Assembly: GCF_000025665.1 (NCBI RefSeq) | Contig: NC_013926.1 | Coordinates: forward strand, 1,170,001-1,202,000 | Origin: Aciduliprofundum boonei T469 | GTDB taxonomy: Archaea; Thermoplasmatota; Thermoplasmata; Thermoplasmatales; Aciduliprofundaceae | DNA: 32,000 nucleotides | Direction of reading: 5' to 3' | Shown: positions 9,544-17,348 of the stretch, in pieces | Position numbering within the stretch: the stretch's first letter is position 1 | Layout of the letters: each line of letters opens with the position of its first letter | Notes under the pieces: generated by a model | Told to the model about the DNA's origin: nothing | The model's database searches: none | The model's input: only the letters and a program-made list of their open reading frames with translations | Made by a program: the position numbers and the translations under genes

Positions 9544-10136
9544 ATAAATATAGAAAGAATGTTGATTCGCTTCTAACATCATTATCCAAACCATTTATGA
9601 AAATGCATCCTAATACCATAACATTAATCTCTCTTTTTATATCATTTCTCGCTGCCATATCTTATTATCTCACCCATATTAGTTCATATTTTCTATTTGC
9701 GTTTCTTGCATTCTTAATCCTCGCATCATTGATGGATGCTATTGATGGTAAAGTTGCCAGATTACGGGGCATATCTTCAAATAGGGGGGATTTTCTTGAT
9801 CATCTAATTGATAGGTATGCGGATATGATAATAATAATTGGGATATCTTTAAGTCCATATTCAACCCCACTAATCGGCCTATTTGCATTGTCGGGCGTGT
9901 TTATGACCAGCTATGTGGGCACACAAGCACAGGCAGTGGGAGTTGGAAGAATATACGGGGGTATCCTTGGCAGAGCAGATAGATTAGTGATATTGATGCT
10001 CCTGCCCATAATACAATTTTTCTGGTGGGGCTACTATTTCTCCATATCCTCTTGGATTTTAATACTATTTGCAGTTCTTGGGCATATAACGGCTATTCAG
10101 AGGATTCTCTCTGCCTGGAAATCCATTCCTTCTTAA
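9534..10136 (+). CDS. CDP-alcohol phosphatidyltransferase family membrane protein (archaeal polar-lipid head-group synthase, e.g. archaetidylinositol-phosphate or archaetidylserine synthase type)
   Basis: DAIDGKVAR-x8-G-x3-D-x3-D is a perfect CDP-alcohol transferase signature, and the protein has multiple TM helices. I chose the ATG at 9534 (in frame with the track start at 9483) because the upstream extension lies inside the Fap7-like gene. Confidence 0.8.
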   Translation: MVLNKYRKNVDSLLTSLSKPFMKMHPNTITLISLFISFLAAISYYLTHISSYFLFAFLAFLILASLMDAIDGKVARLRGISSNRGDFLDHLIDRYADMIIIIGISLSPYSTPLIGLFALSGVFMTSYVGTQAQAVGVGRIYGGILGRADRLVILMLLPIIQFFWWGYYFSISSWILILFAVLGHITAIQRILSAWKSIPS

Positions 10137-11187
10137 TTTTGTAATAAAGAAGAGGATGGCTCATCCAGTCTTTTTTACAGAGGTTATCATTTACTGCATT
10201 CTTCACACAAAGCCCGTATGCTTGAAGAGTGGAGCATTTAGGAACTTCATACTCCTTTTTCGAAATTCCCCCAGTTATGTGCTCAACTTGGTACCTTGTC
10301 ATAGATTCATTAAAATCAGGCGCAGTTGCAAATACTTTCATTATATCATCATTTCTGACCCCTATTTTATGAAGAAATGTTACAAGAAAGAATCTCGCTT
10401 GGTGGGGTAGATTCACTCCATTCTTCAATTTGACAAGTATCGATTTTAAACAGGGAGGAAATGCATCTTCCACCACATCGCCAAAATCCTGAGAGGAGTA
10501 TTTAGAGATGTATGCGTCTTTCAATTCTCTAATTTTCTCAATTTCATCTTTAAAATATTTTTTTAATGCATCTTTTTTATTTGCATTGCTCTCAATATCC
10601 CTTACAAAATTTTTAACAAATGCTTCTCTCAATATTTTTATGAATTCCTCTTTGCTCACAGGGACCCATCCTTCTTTAAGAGGTTGATTTATAAGCTTGA
10701 AAGCTTCTCCACTTATGCCCGATGCATATTTTATAAAATCTAAGAAATGAACCAATATGAAGAGTTCGTATTTTGTGCCTGCAACCCAAGGTTTTGGATT
10801 CTCCTCGTGCAATCTTCTAATTTTCTCGGGAATATCCTTGTACTTTACTCCCAAAGAGGATGCAACAAGATATATATTCTCACTGCTATCCTCAATCAAG
10901 TGTCCTTCAAGCTCGTCTCTTACAACATTCGCAAATCTTCTTGTTATTATTGGATCGCTAAGAGCTATTAGAAAAAGCTTGGAAATATAAAATCCAATAA
11001 TTTTTGTCTCTTCATCGGTTATTGAGCTCCTAAGATTCTCATCAAAGCAGCTTATAACTTTGGCTATCCCGTAATCGCGAGCGTTTTCATAAATTGAGGA
11101 TGTAAGTAGCTCATCCAGTTCTATATTTCTTACAACATCTAGGGCCTGTGGTAGAAATGGGTACTTAACAAGAGTGCGCATATTCAT
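10093..11187 (-). CDS. priL: DNA primase large (regulatory) subunit PriL with Fe-S cluster cysteines
   Basis: KYPFLPQAL lies near the N-terminus. FPPCLKSILVKLKNGVNLPHQARFFLVTFLHKIGV is the conserved PriL block, and the C-terminal CSTLQAYGLC...LCKK supplies three more Cys. The start is set to the ATG at 11187 (alternative 11181) because the track extension to 11235 uses a TTG and runs through the tRNA gene. Confidence 0.85.
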   Translation of the reverse strand: MNMRTLVKYPFLPQALDVVRNIELDELLTSSIYENARDYGIAKVISCFDENLRSSITDEETKIIGFYISKLFLIALSDPIITRRFANVVRDELEGHLIEDSSENIYLVASSLGVKYKDIPEKIRRLHEENPKPWVAGTKYELFILVHFLDFIKYASGISGEAFKLINQPLKEGWVPVSKEEFIKILREAFVKNFVRDIESNANKKDALKKYFKDEIEKIRELKDAYISKYSSQDFGDVVEDAFPPCLKSILVKLKNGVNLPHQARFFLVTFLHKIGVRNDDIMKVFATAPDFNESMTRYQVEHITGGISKKEYEVPKCSTLQAYGLCVKNAVNDNLCKKDWMSHPLLYYKIKKEWISRQRESSE

Positions 11188-11192
11188 ATCAG

Positions 11193-11315
11193 GGCCGGGA
11201 CCGGGATTTGAACCCGGGTCAAGGGATTGCCACAAAGCTCCTTTTAGGGGTAAAGCACCTTTTTTAAAGGGGCTTTTCCACAGTCCCCTAGGATAGCCCC
11301 TACCCTATCCCGGCC
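11193..11315 (-). tRNA. tRNA-His(GUG) with genomically encoded G-1 and a 50-nt intron at the canonical 37/38 position; CCA not encoded
   Basis: Minus-strand read: G(-1) GCCGGGA UA GGGU AGGGGCUA UCCU A GGGGA CUGUGG [intron] A UCCCU UGAC CCGGG UUCAAAU CCCGG UCCCGGC C. The acceptor stem has 7 Watson-Crick pairs and the T-arm is CCGGG/CCCGG with a UUCAAAU loop. Anticodon GUG, and discriminator C73 opposite G-1, the His identity signature. Confidence 0.85.
11228..11277 (-). other. tRNA-His intron flanked by a helix-bulge-helix-bulge-helix splicing motif
   Basis: The outer helix is the anticodon stem GGGGA/UCCCU. The 3' bulge is CAA. The 4-bp central helix pairs CUGU with GUGG (one C-G and three G-U pairs). 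The 5' bulge is GGA. The inner helix pairs AAAGC with GCUUU. Cutting 2 nt into each bulge gives the loop CUGUGGA. Confidence 0.75.
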
Positions 11316-11340
11316 ATGCAAAGAGTGAAATGACAGGTAA

Positions 11341-11355
11341 TACATAAATTTTTTC
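11341..11355 (-). promoter_or_regulatory. Candidate BRE/TATA (GAAAAAA TTTATGTA) for the tRNA-His / priL transcript
   Basis: On the minus strand the TATA-like octamer ends 25 nt upstream of G-1 of the tRNA. Sequence-only inference. Confidence 0.35.
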
Positions 11356-11402
11356 AGAATTGCTCCTAAAAATATTTTTACTAAAAGCTCATTTACTTGC
11401 CC

Positions 11403-12830
11403 ATGGTGAAGATCACAGATACAACACTTAGAGATGGACACCAAAGCTTGTTTGCCACCAGAATGCGCACAGAAGATATGATACCAATAGCAGAGGCAAT
11501 GGACGAAATGGGATTTTTCTCTCTAGAGGTTTGGGGTGGTGCCACATTCGATTCTGCCATGCGATTTTTGAACGAGAATTCGTGGGATAGGCCCAGAACT
11601 CTAAAAAAGTACATAAAAAACACTCCCTTGCAAATGCTCTTGCGTGGCCAAAACTTGGTTGGATATAGGCATTATCCCGATGATATTGTTGAAAAATTTG
11701 TGTTCAAAGCAGTGGAAGCTGGAATTGACATCTTTCGTATATTTGACGCTCTAAATGATATAAGAAACATGGAAACGGCAATTAAGGCTGTAAAGAAGGC
11801 AGGGGCGCATGCGCAAGGTTCTGTGGTTTATACGATAAGTCCAATACACACCTTGGAGAGTTTTGTTGAGATGGCAAAAAAATTGGAAGAGTTAGGCGTG
11901 GATTCTATCTGCATAAAAGATATGGCAGGACTTATGAGTCCGACAGTAGCTTCAAAATTGGTTAAAATGATGAAAAAAGAGCTCAGTGTGCCTATAGATT
12001 TACATACTCACAGCACGGCTGGATGGGCACCGATAACTTATATGAAAGCAGTGGAGGCAGGAGTAGATATAATTGATACCGCAATGTCTCCTTTTGGATT
12101 CGGAACTGCGCAGCCTGCAACGGAGAGTATGGTAGCCTCCTTTAAGGATACCCCATATGATACCGGAATGGATTTAAAGAAATTGGAAAAAATTGCAGAG
12201 TATTTCAGAGTAGTTGAGAAAAAGCTGAGAAAGTACACTAGAATGGAAATGCGCATTGCAGATACGAGAGTGCTTATTTATCAAGTTCCGGGTGGTATGT
12301 TATCTAATCTCTACAATCAACTGAAAGAAATGAAGGCAGAGGACAAGATCGAAGAGGTTCTTGCAGAGGTTCCCAAGGTTCGTGCAGAGGTGGGCTATCC
12401 CCCTCTTGTAACTCCATTAAGCCAAATTGTAGGCACTCAGGCAGTTATGAATGTTATCTCTGGTGAGAGGTGGAAAATGGTAACTAAGGAGATGAGAAAT
12501 TACATAAAAGGTCTATATGGAAAACCTCCAGGAGAGATAAAGGAAGAAATAAAGAAGAAGGTTCTGGGTGATGAGAAACCTATAACTGCTAGACCTGCAG
12601 ATTTACTGGAGCCAGGATTTGAAAAAGTTAAAGAGGAGATAGGCGATTTAGCCGATAATGAAGAGGATGTTCTATCTTACGCTCTATTTCCAGATGTGGC
12701 TAGAAAATTCTTCATGCGTAGAAAAGGGTTAGCAGAAGAAACCCCAGAGCCACCCAAGGAAGGAAAGAAGTACAAGATATGGATCAACGGAGAAGAGTAC
12801 TTTGTGAATGTGGAGGAGATGCCCCAATGA
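11403..12830 (+). CDS. Oxaloacetate decarboxylase alpha / pyruvate carboxyltransferase (transcarboxylase 5S-type) subunit without a biotinyl domain
   Basis: KITDTTLRDGHQS at the N-terminus is the HMGL-like carboxyltransferase signature, with IKDMAGL and LHTHSTAG motifs. The protein ends ...KKYKIWINGEEYFVNVEEMPQ with no (A/V)MKM biotinylation motif. I prefer the ATG at 11403 over the track TTG at 11397. Confidence 0.8.
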   Translation: MVKITDTTLRDGHQSLFATRMRTEDMIPIAEAMDEMGFFSLEVWGGATFDSAMRFLNENSWDRPRTLKKYIKNTPLQMLLRGQNLVGYRHYPDDIVEKFVFKAVEAGIDIFRIFDALNDIRNMETAIKAVKKAGAHAQGSVVYTISPIHTLESFVEMAKKLEELGVDSICIKDMAGLMSPTVASKLVKMMKKELSVPIDLHTHSTAGWAPITYMKAVEAGVDIIDTAMSPFGFGTAQPATESMVASFKDTPYDTGMDLKKLEKIAEYFRVVEKKLRKYTRMEMRIADTRVLIYQVPGGMLSNLYNQLKEMKAEDKIEEVLAEVPKVRAEVGYPPLVTPLSQIVGTQAVMNVISGERWKMVTKEMRNYIKGLYGKPPGEIKEEIKKKVLGDEKPITARPADLLEPGFEKVKEEIGDLADNEEDVLSYALFPDVARKFFMRRKGLAEETPEPPKEGKKYKIWINGEEYFVNVEEMPQ

Positions 12831-13519
12831 AACATTATTTTTATTATCCTTTTAGCTATCTAATACTTTTTATTTATCTTATTTTCTTCTTTTTCTTCTT
12901 TATGTTTTTCATTTTTGGTGTGCCTTATGCTTTCGTCAAATTGGGAATACCCTCTAATCTAGCAATGTCCATGTTTTTATTTGCGATCATTGGTAGTTAC
13001 ATAAATATACCAATAAAAAGAATAGAGAGTAAGAGCCCTATGGCCCCTAAGGGGTCTGTTAATTTTTGGGGATTAAAGTATCAGATTCCCCATACACCTC
13101 ATACAACCACCCTCTTGGCAATAAACCTTGGAGGTGCAATTATACCCATATTTATATCTTCGTGGGTTTTTGTATCTCTCTTTATTCATTCTTACTACAT
13201 TTTGATTCTAAAAAGTATCTTAGGTATAGCAATAGTAGCAATAGTGTCCTACATATTTGCAAAGCCGGTTAAAGGAATGGGAATAGCGCTTCCTGCATTC
13301 ATTCCACCTATTGTAGCATCTTTAACTGCATTGTTTATAGCCCCTGAAAATCCTGTGGCTGTTGCATACATATCAGGCACTCTAGGTACGCTGATAGGTG
13401 CAGATTTGATGCATATGAAAGATATTGAGAATTTAGGAGCGCCTGTGGCAAGCATCGGTGGTGCAGGCACATTCGATGGAGTGTTCCTCTCCGGCATAAT
13501 TGCAATACTACTGATATAA
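12827..13519 (+). CDS. Polytopic integral membrane protein of unknown function (possibly DUF1614-like)
   Basis: It has about 6-7 hydrophobic helices and motifs INLGGAIIP and IGGAGTFDGVFLSG. The ATG at 12827 overlaps the upstream TGA (ATGA), implying translational coupling. The family name is recalled only. Confidence 0.5.
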   Translation: MKHYFYYPFSYLILFIYLIFFFFFFMFFIFGVPYAFVKLGIPSNLAMSMFLFAIIGSYINIPIKRIESKSPMAPKGSVNFWGLKYQIPHTPHTTTLLAINLGGAIIPIFISSWVFVSLFIHSYYILILKSILGIAIVAIVSYIFAKPVKGMGIALPAFIPPIVASLTALFIAPENPVAVAYISGTLGTLIGADLMHMKDIENLGAPVASIGGAGTFDGVFLSGIIAILLI

Positions 13520-13524
13520 AAAAA
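13514..13524 (-). terminator. T7 tract immediately downstream of the pmbA stop (minus strand)
   Basis: The minus strand reads TAA TTTTTTT ATAT just after the stop at 13525-13527. It sits in the 5-nt gap between two convergent genes and runs into the stop codon and last sense codon of the plus-strand gene. Confidence 0.4.
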
Positions 13525-14826
13525 TTAGAGTTTAGAACGAGTTATATTTACCCCATCTACAAGGATATAGGGAAGGTACGAAGGAAGAACCTCATCCCAC
13601 CACTTCACTTTCTCTCTTTCTTTGCTTACTTCTACTATATTTGAGAATATGTGTGGCATATTTTCCGTGACTCTAATACCTTTCCAAGATTCTTTTATCT
13701 CTCCGTTCTCAATGTAGAATATTCCGTCCCTCGGTATAGTTGAGAAATCGCCGTTTCTGTAATCTTGGAACCTTGTATACCACAGATTGATTATAAATAA
13801 GCCCTTATCAATTTCTGATAGTAAATCTTGATAGCTTTTGTTTCCTTCTTTTACAACTGGCTGCCATGCATTTGGGTTTAGTATTCCAGCGTTTCCAGTG
13901 GTATCAGTATTGAATTTATGCGCAGTTGAGTAACTATGAAGGTAATTTTTCACTACACCTTTCTCGACTATGGGTGTTTTTTGAGTAGCTGTGGCTTCTT
14001 GATCAAATATGCGATAGCCCGTGGAGAATAAAGTTGGATCATCATAAATTGTCAATTTTTCTGAATAGACCTTCTCTCCGATCTTACCTGCAAAGAAACT
14101 CATACCTGCATCAACTGCAAATGCAGAGGCCATGTGCATGCTGTAAGAGATTAAAGAACCAAAGGCGAGGGGATGAAATAGAATTTTGTATTTTCCCTCT
14201 TCTCCATCTTTTGGTTCTCCTCCAAGAGAGGCAATGACTCCAGCTCTCTCTCCAATGCTCTTTGCATCTTCAAGTTCCTTCGCATCTGCAGTCGTGATTG
14301 CCTCTTGACCTGCATTTCTGTACTCGTTGAAAGCCCTTATAACTATATCCACATTTGCAACTTCATCTTTGGCACTGTTATAATTTGTTAATATCTCTCT
14401 TTTCACATAATCCCTATATACCACACCAGCAGCTCTGATGGCTCCTTTTTCTATAGCCCCATCAATCACTTCCTTGGCCAAATTTTCAAGGTCTAAATCC
14501 AAAATTTCGTAATCTATTTTCCTATTCCTATAATTTTGCTTTTTCGGGTTCAGACCATAAAAATCTTTGTTTTCAGGCAAAGTTTGCAGCATTCTTGCAT
14601 ATTTTTCAATAAGCTCCTCCGCCTTGTTCAAATTTTTTATGGTTGTCATAAACACTTTCTTCCCTTTAGAAAGAAAAACCTCTAAACTCTTTTCAACCCA
14701 TAGTTTAGAAATATCTATGTCATTATTTGAAAATCTAACTTGCCTTTTTTCCCTCTCTATTAAAATCAAAGAGGCTTCATCAATGCCCAAATTTTGAGCC
14801 TTATTCATAATTTTTTCAAGATCCAT
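13525..14826 (-). CDS. pmbA: PmbA/TldE-type metalloprotease partner subunit
   Basis: It is a 433-aa TldD/PmbA-family sequence lacking the HExxxH motif. It sits directly downstream of tldD, and its SD GAGGTGA overlaps the tldD stop codon. Confidence 0.8.
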   Translation of the reverse strand: MDLEKIMNKAQNLGIDEASLILIEREKRQVRFSNNDIDISKLWVEKSLEVFLSKGKKVFMTTIKNLNKAEELIEKYARMLQTLPENKDFYGLNPKKQNYRNRKIDYEILDLDLENLAKEVIDGAIEKGAIRAAGVVYRDYVKREILTNYNSAKDEVANVDIVIRAFNEYRNAGQEAITTADAKELEDAKSIGERAGVIASLGGEPKDGEEGKYKILFHPLAFGSLISYSMHMASAFAVDAGMSFFAGKIGEKVYSEKLTIYDDPTLFSTGYRIFDQEATATQKTPIVEKGVVKNYLHSYSTAHKFNTDTTGNAGILNPNAWQPVVKEGNKSYQDLLSEIDKGLFIINLWYTRFQDYRNGDFSTIPRDGIFYIENGEIKESWKGIRVTENMPHIFSNIVEVSKEREKVKWWDEVLPSYLPYILVDGVNITRSKL

Positions 14827-14830
14827 AATA

Positions 14831-16195
14831 TCACCTCAGTTTAATTTCCCTAAGACGGAGATGAGGGCCACCCATCCAAACATCAACGCCTTGCATGGGA
14901 TCTCCCTTTCCGCATGTACCTGCGAAGAACTCTAAATCCTTTGCTATTGCATCTATTCTGCTATAGAATCCAGGAGTGGTTATTTCTAAAACAGGTCTTC
15001 TTACAGGAGCCACAATCTCTCCGTTCTTTATTAAATATGCCTCTCTACCCACATATTTTTGATTGTAGCGAATATCATCAATGTTCCACTCAGTAAAGCT
15101 CTTCATATAAATTCCCTCTTTGACATCCTCAAACAACTCTTCCTTGGAATAATCTCCTGGCTCAAAGAATGTTGTGCTCATCCTAACTATGGGCTCTCTA
15201 TTCCACCACGATGAGCGAGCTGCTCCATTGCTCTTTGTACCAAGCTTTCCAGCGCTTTCTCTATTGTGTAGAAACTCATTTATTTTTCCATCCTTGTAAA
15301 GGTATCTTCTTCTTGCTGGAATGCCCTCTTCATCGTACTTGTAGTATCCAAAACTGTGTGGCACAGTGGGGTCATCTACAACATTCACAATCTCGCTTCC
15401 TATTCTCTCTCCAACCTTTGAAGGGTTTATAAAGCTCTCTCCAGCTTGGGCTGCCTCTCTTCCAAGTATCCTATCTGCCTCGCTTGGATGTCCACATGAT
15501 TCATGAGCAATTATGCCTGCAACCTCTGGACCTACAATCAAATCATATGTTCCCTCTGGGGATTTTTTTGCTTTGACAATTTCCCTAAGGGCTTTTTCCT
15601 CTTCAGGCAATAGAGATAGTATATCCCATCTATCAAATATTTCATAACCACCGCTCATTCCATATTGCCTATAACTCTGCTCAAAATTTCCATTTTCCAT
15701 AACACCGAGCATATAGAAATATTCAACCCGGGGGATTTTTGCCCTTATCTTTGAACCTTCTGAATTTATGTACAATTTTTCTATTTTCTTATCTTTAAGC
15801 ATTTGAAGCTTCATTTGAGCACCAAGGCGCTTATCAACATCGAGTAGATAATCTATTTTTTCATCGACATCCATATTTTCAATCTTCTTCTTTTCTTCCA
15901 CGCTCCAAGAATCTTCATAGCGAGCTTCTGAGGAAAAATCTATTCTGTTTTTCCTCTTTTTTGAAAGTTTTACCGCCCTTTCTGCAATTTCCTTGAGATT
16001 AGAAATATCATTTGTAGCTGAAAAACCTATTCCTTCATTGACAACTCTGACAGCAAAGCCATCTTCTTCCGTAGAAGATACAGCATTAATAACTCCGTTC
16101 TTCACAGTTATAATATTCATATTTATCTTCATGTACCTTATCTCAGCAAACCTTGCATCTATACCTTCTAATACCCTCTCGAGAATGTCTTCCAT
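14831..16195 (-). CDS. tldD: TldD-type zinc metalloprotease
   Basis: HESCGHPSEADR (HExxxH-containing TldD signature) is present, with family-typical length. The start is set to the ATG at 16195, with GAGG 9-12 nt upstream. The track start at 16231 is a TTG overlapping the upstream gene. Confidence 0.85.
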   Translation of the reverse strand: MEDILERVLEGIDARFAEIRYMKINMNIITVKNGVINAVSSTEEDGFAVRVVNEGIGFSATNDISNLKEIAERAVKLSKKRKNRIDFSSEARYEDSWSVEEKKKIENMDVDEKIDYLLDVDKRLGAQMKLQMLKDKKIEKLYINSEGSKIRAKIPRVEYFYMLGVMENGNFEQSYRQYGMSGGYEIFDRWDILSLLPEEEKALREIVKAKKSPEGTYDLIVGPEVAGIIAHESCGHPSEADRILGREAAQAGESFINPSKVGERIGSEIVNVVDDPTVPHSFGYYKYDEEGIPARRRYLYKDGKINEFLHNRESAGKLGTKSNGAARSSWWNREPIVRMSTTFFEPGDYSKEELFEDVKEGIYMKSFTEWNIDDIRYNQKYVGREAYLIKNGEIVAPVRRPVLEITTPGFYSRIDAIAKDLEFFAGTCGKGDPMQGVDVWMGGPHLRLREIKLR

Positions 16196-16205
16196 ATCAA
16201 CCGCC

Positions 16206-17348
16206 TCATAGGGTCTCCCGTCTGAATTCAAGAAGCTTGTCTCTTTCTTTCTTCACATTTCTCTCTAGTATCTCCAAAACATCTTTAAATGCGCTGTAAA
16301 TATTCCAATCATAGCTTCTGGCAAAGAAGAGCCTGCGGTCTGTAGTTAATCTGGCTCTCACGCTGTATTTTATCTCTTTTCCACTGATATGGTGCTCCTC
16401 AACATGGAATGTTAGGAGCTGGGGCTTGAATTCCTTAAAGCGATTGATTTTGTGCAGAAACTCTTCTACCATGTTGTAAATTATTTGATACGGCTCCATA
16501 TCCTCTATGTCCAATCCAGTTATTTGGACGAACACACCTTCTTGTTTTCCCTCCCTCAATATCGCTTCTATTACATCTCTTTGAGATATCACTCCAATTG
16601 GCACACTTTTTTTATCTATAACAGCGCATATGGATGAGTGAAATTCAATCATTTTCTCTACAGCATCCTTTAAAATAGAATCTTCGGAAACATAAACTGG
16701 AGGAACCATTATTTCTTTTACCAAAATTTGAACTTTTTTCTTCTCTCCAGATACCTCTCCCAAACTTGCCCTCTCTTTCTCTCTCCATACTGCTTTAGCA
16801 GCATCTCTCATATGCACTATACCCACAAGTTTTCTATTCTCATCCACCACAGGCACGCTCATCTCGCCAAGTTTTTTCATTATATCAACTGCATATTGTA
16901 TGGGCGAATCTTCCTCAACAAGCTCCGGCTCACTTGTCATGACATCCTCCACTGGAATATTAGCAACATCCTTCATTTTGGGAACAAGCTTTATTATATC
17001 CGTTCTTGATATTATGCCCACGAGCTTATTCTTTTCCACAATTGGCAGAGAGCGATAGCCTGCATCAATCATCAATTTAACAGCATCCTCTATGCTTGCA
17101 TCTGGATCTAAAACTGGAGGTTTTACCATAATATTTTCCACACGGGAGTATAGAGATAAACTCTTTCTCCTTATCAATGTTCTGTAATTCACATATCCAA
17201 CAAGCTCGCCCCTATCATTCACCACAGGCAGTTCGTGAAATCCATGCTCCTGCATCTTGCTTATTGCCTTAGATATGGTATCTCCAAGTTTAGCTACAAC
17301 AACATCCTTTGTCATAACATCCTTAACTTTTATCTCACCAGGTTCCAT
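16206..17348 (-). CDS. Four-CBS-domain protein with a C-terminal HPF/RaiA-like (S30AE-type) domain
   Basis: Four CBS repeats lie in residues ~8-265 (for example VMTKDVVV, IMVKPPVL, VMTSEPEL, IMVPPVYV, each followed by ...VV(D/N)...G(I/Y)(I/V)). Residues 271-372 resemble HPF by eye. The SD AGGTGA lies 4 nt upstream of the ATG. Confidence 0.7.
   Translation of the reverse strand: MEPGEIKVKDVMTKDVVVAKLGDTISKAISKMQEHGFHELPVVNDRGELVGYVNYRTLIRRKSLSLYSRVENIMVKPPVLDPDASIEDAVKLMIDAGYRSLPIVEKNKLVGIISRTDIIKLVPKMKDVANIPVEDVMTSEPELVEEDSPIQYAVDIMKKLGEMSVPVVDENRKLVGIVHMRDAAKAVWREKERASLGEVSGEKKKVQILVKEIMVPPVYVSEDSILKDAVEKMIEFHSSICAVIDKKSVPIGVISQRDVIEAILREGKQEGVFVQITGLDIEDMEPYQIIYNMVEEFLHKINRFKEFKPQLLTFHVEEHHISGKEIKYSVRARLTTDRRLFFARSYDWNIYSAFKDVLEILERNVKKERDKLLEFRRETL

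Noticed and set aside
11188-11235. N-terminal extension of the priL ORF in the track (MWQSLDPGSNPGPGPD...).
   Set aside because: It starts at a TTG and is simply the T-arm and acceptor region of the tRNA-His gene read as codons. Conserved PriL sequence begins after the ATG at 11187.
11228-11277. Box C/D guide RNA hidden in the tRNA-His intron, as known for some archaeal tRNA-Trp introns.
   Set aside because: The 50-nt intron contains no RUGAUGA (C box) or CUGA (D box) sequences.
11100-11400. tRNA gene as an integration hotspot (genomic island or provirus boundary).
   Set aside because: No integrase gene, duplicated tRNA 3' fragment (att-like repeat) or compositional shift is visible on either side. 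The flanking genes are core replication and metabolism genes.
11244-11623. Minus-strand ORFs 11244-11444 and 11393-11623.
   Set aside because: The first runs through the tRNA gene, its intron and the promoter region. The second is antisense to the well-supported carboxyltransferase N-terminus. Neither shows recognisable motifs.
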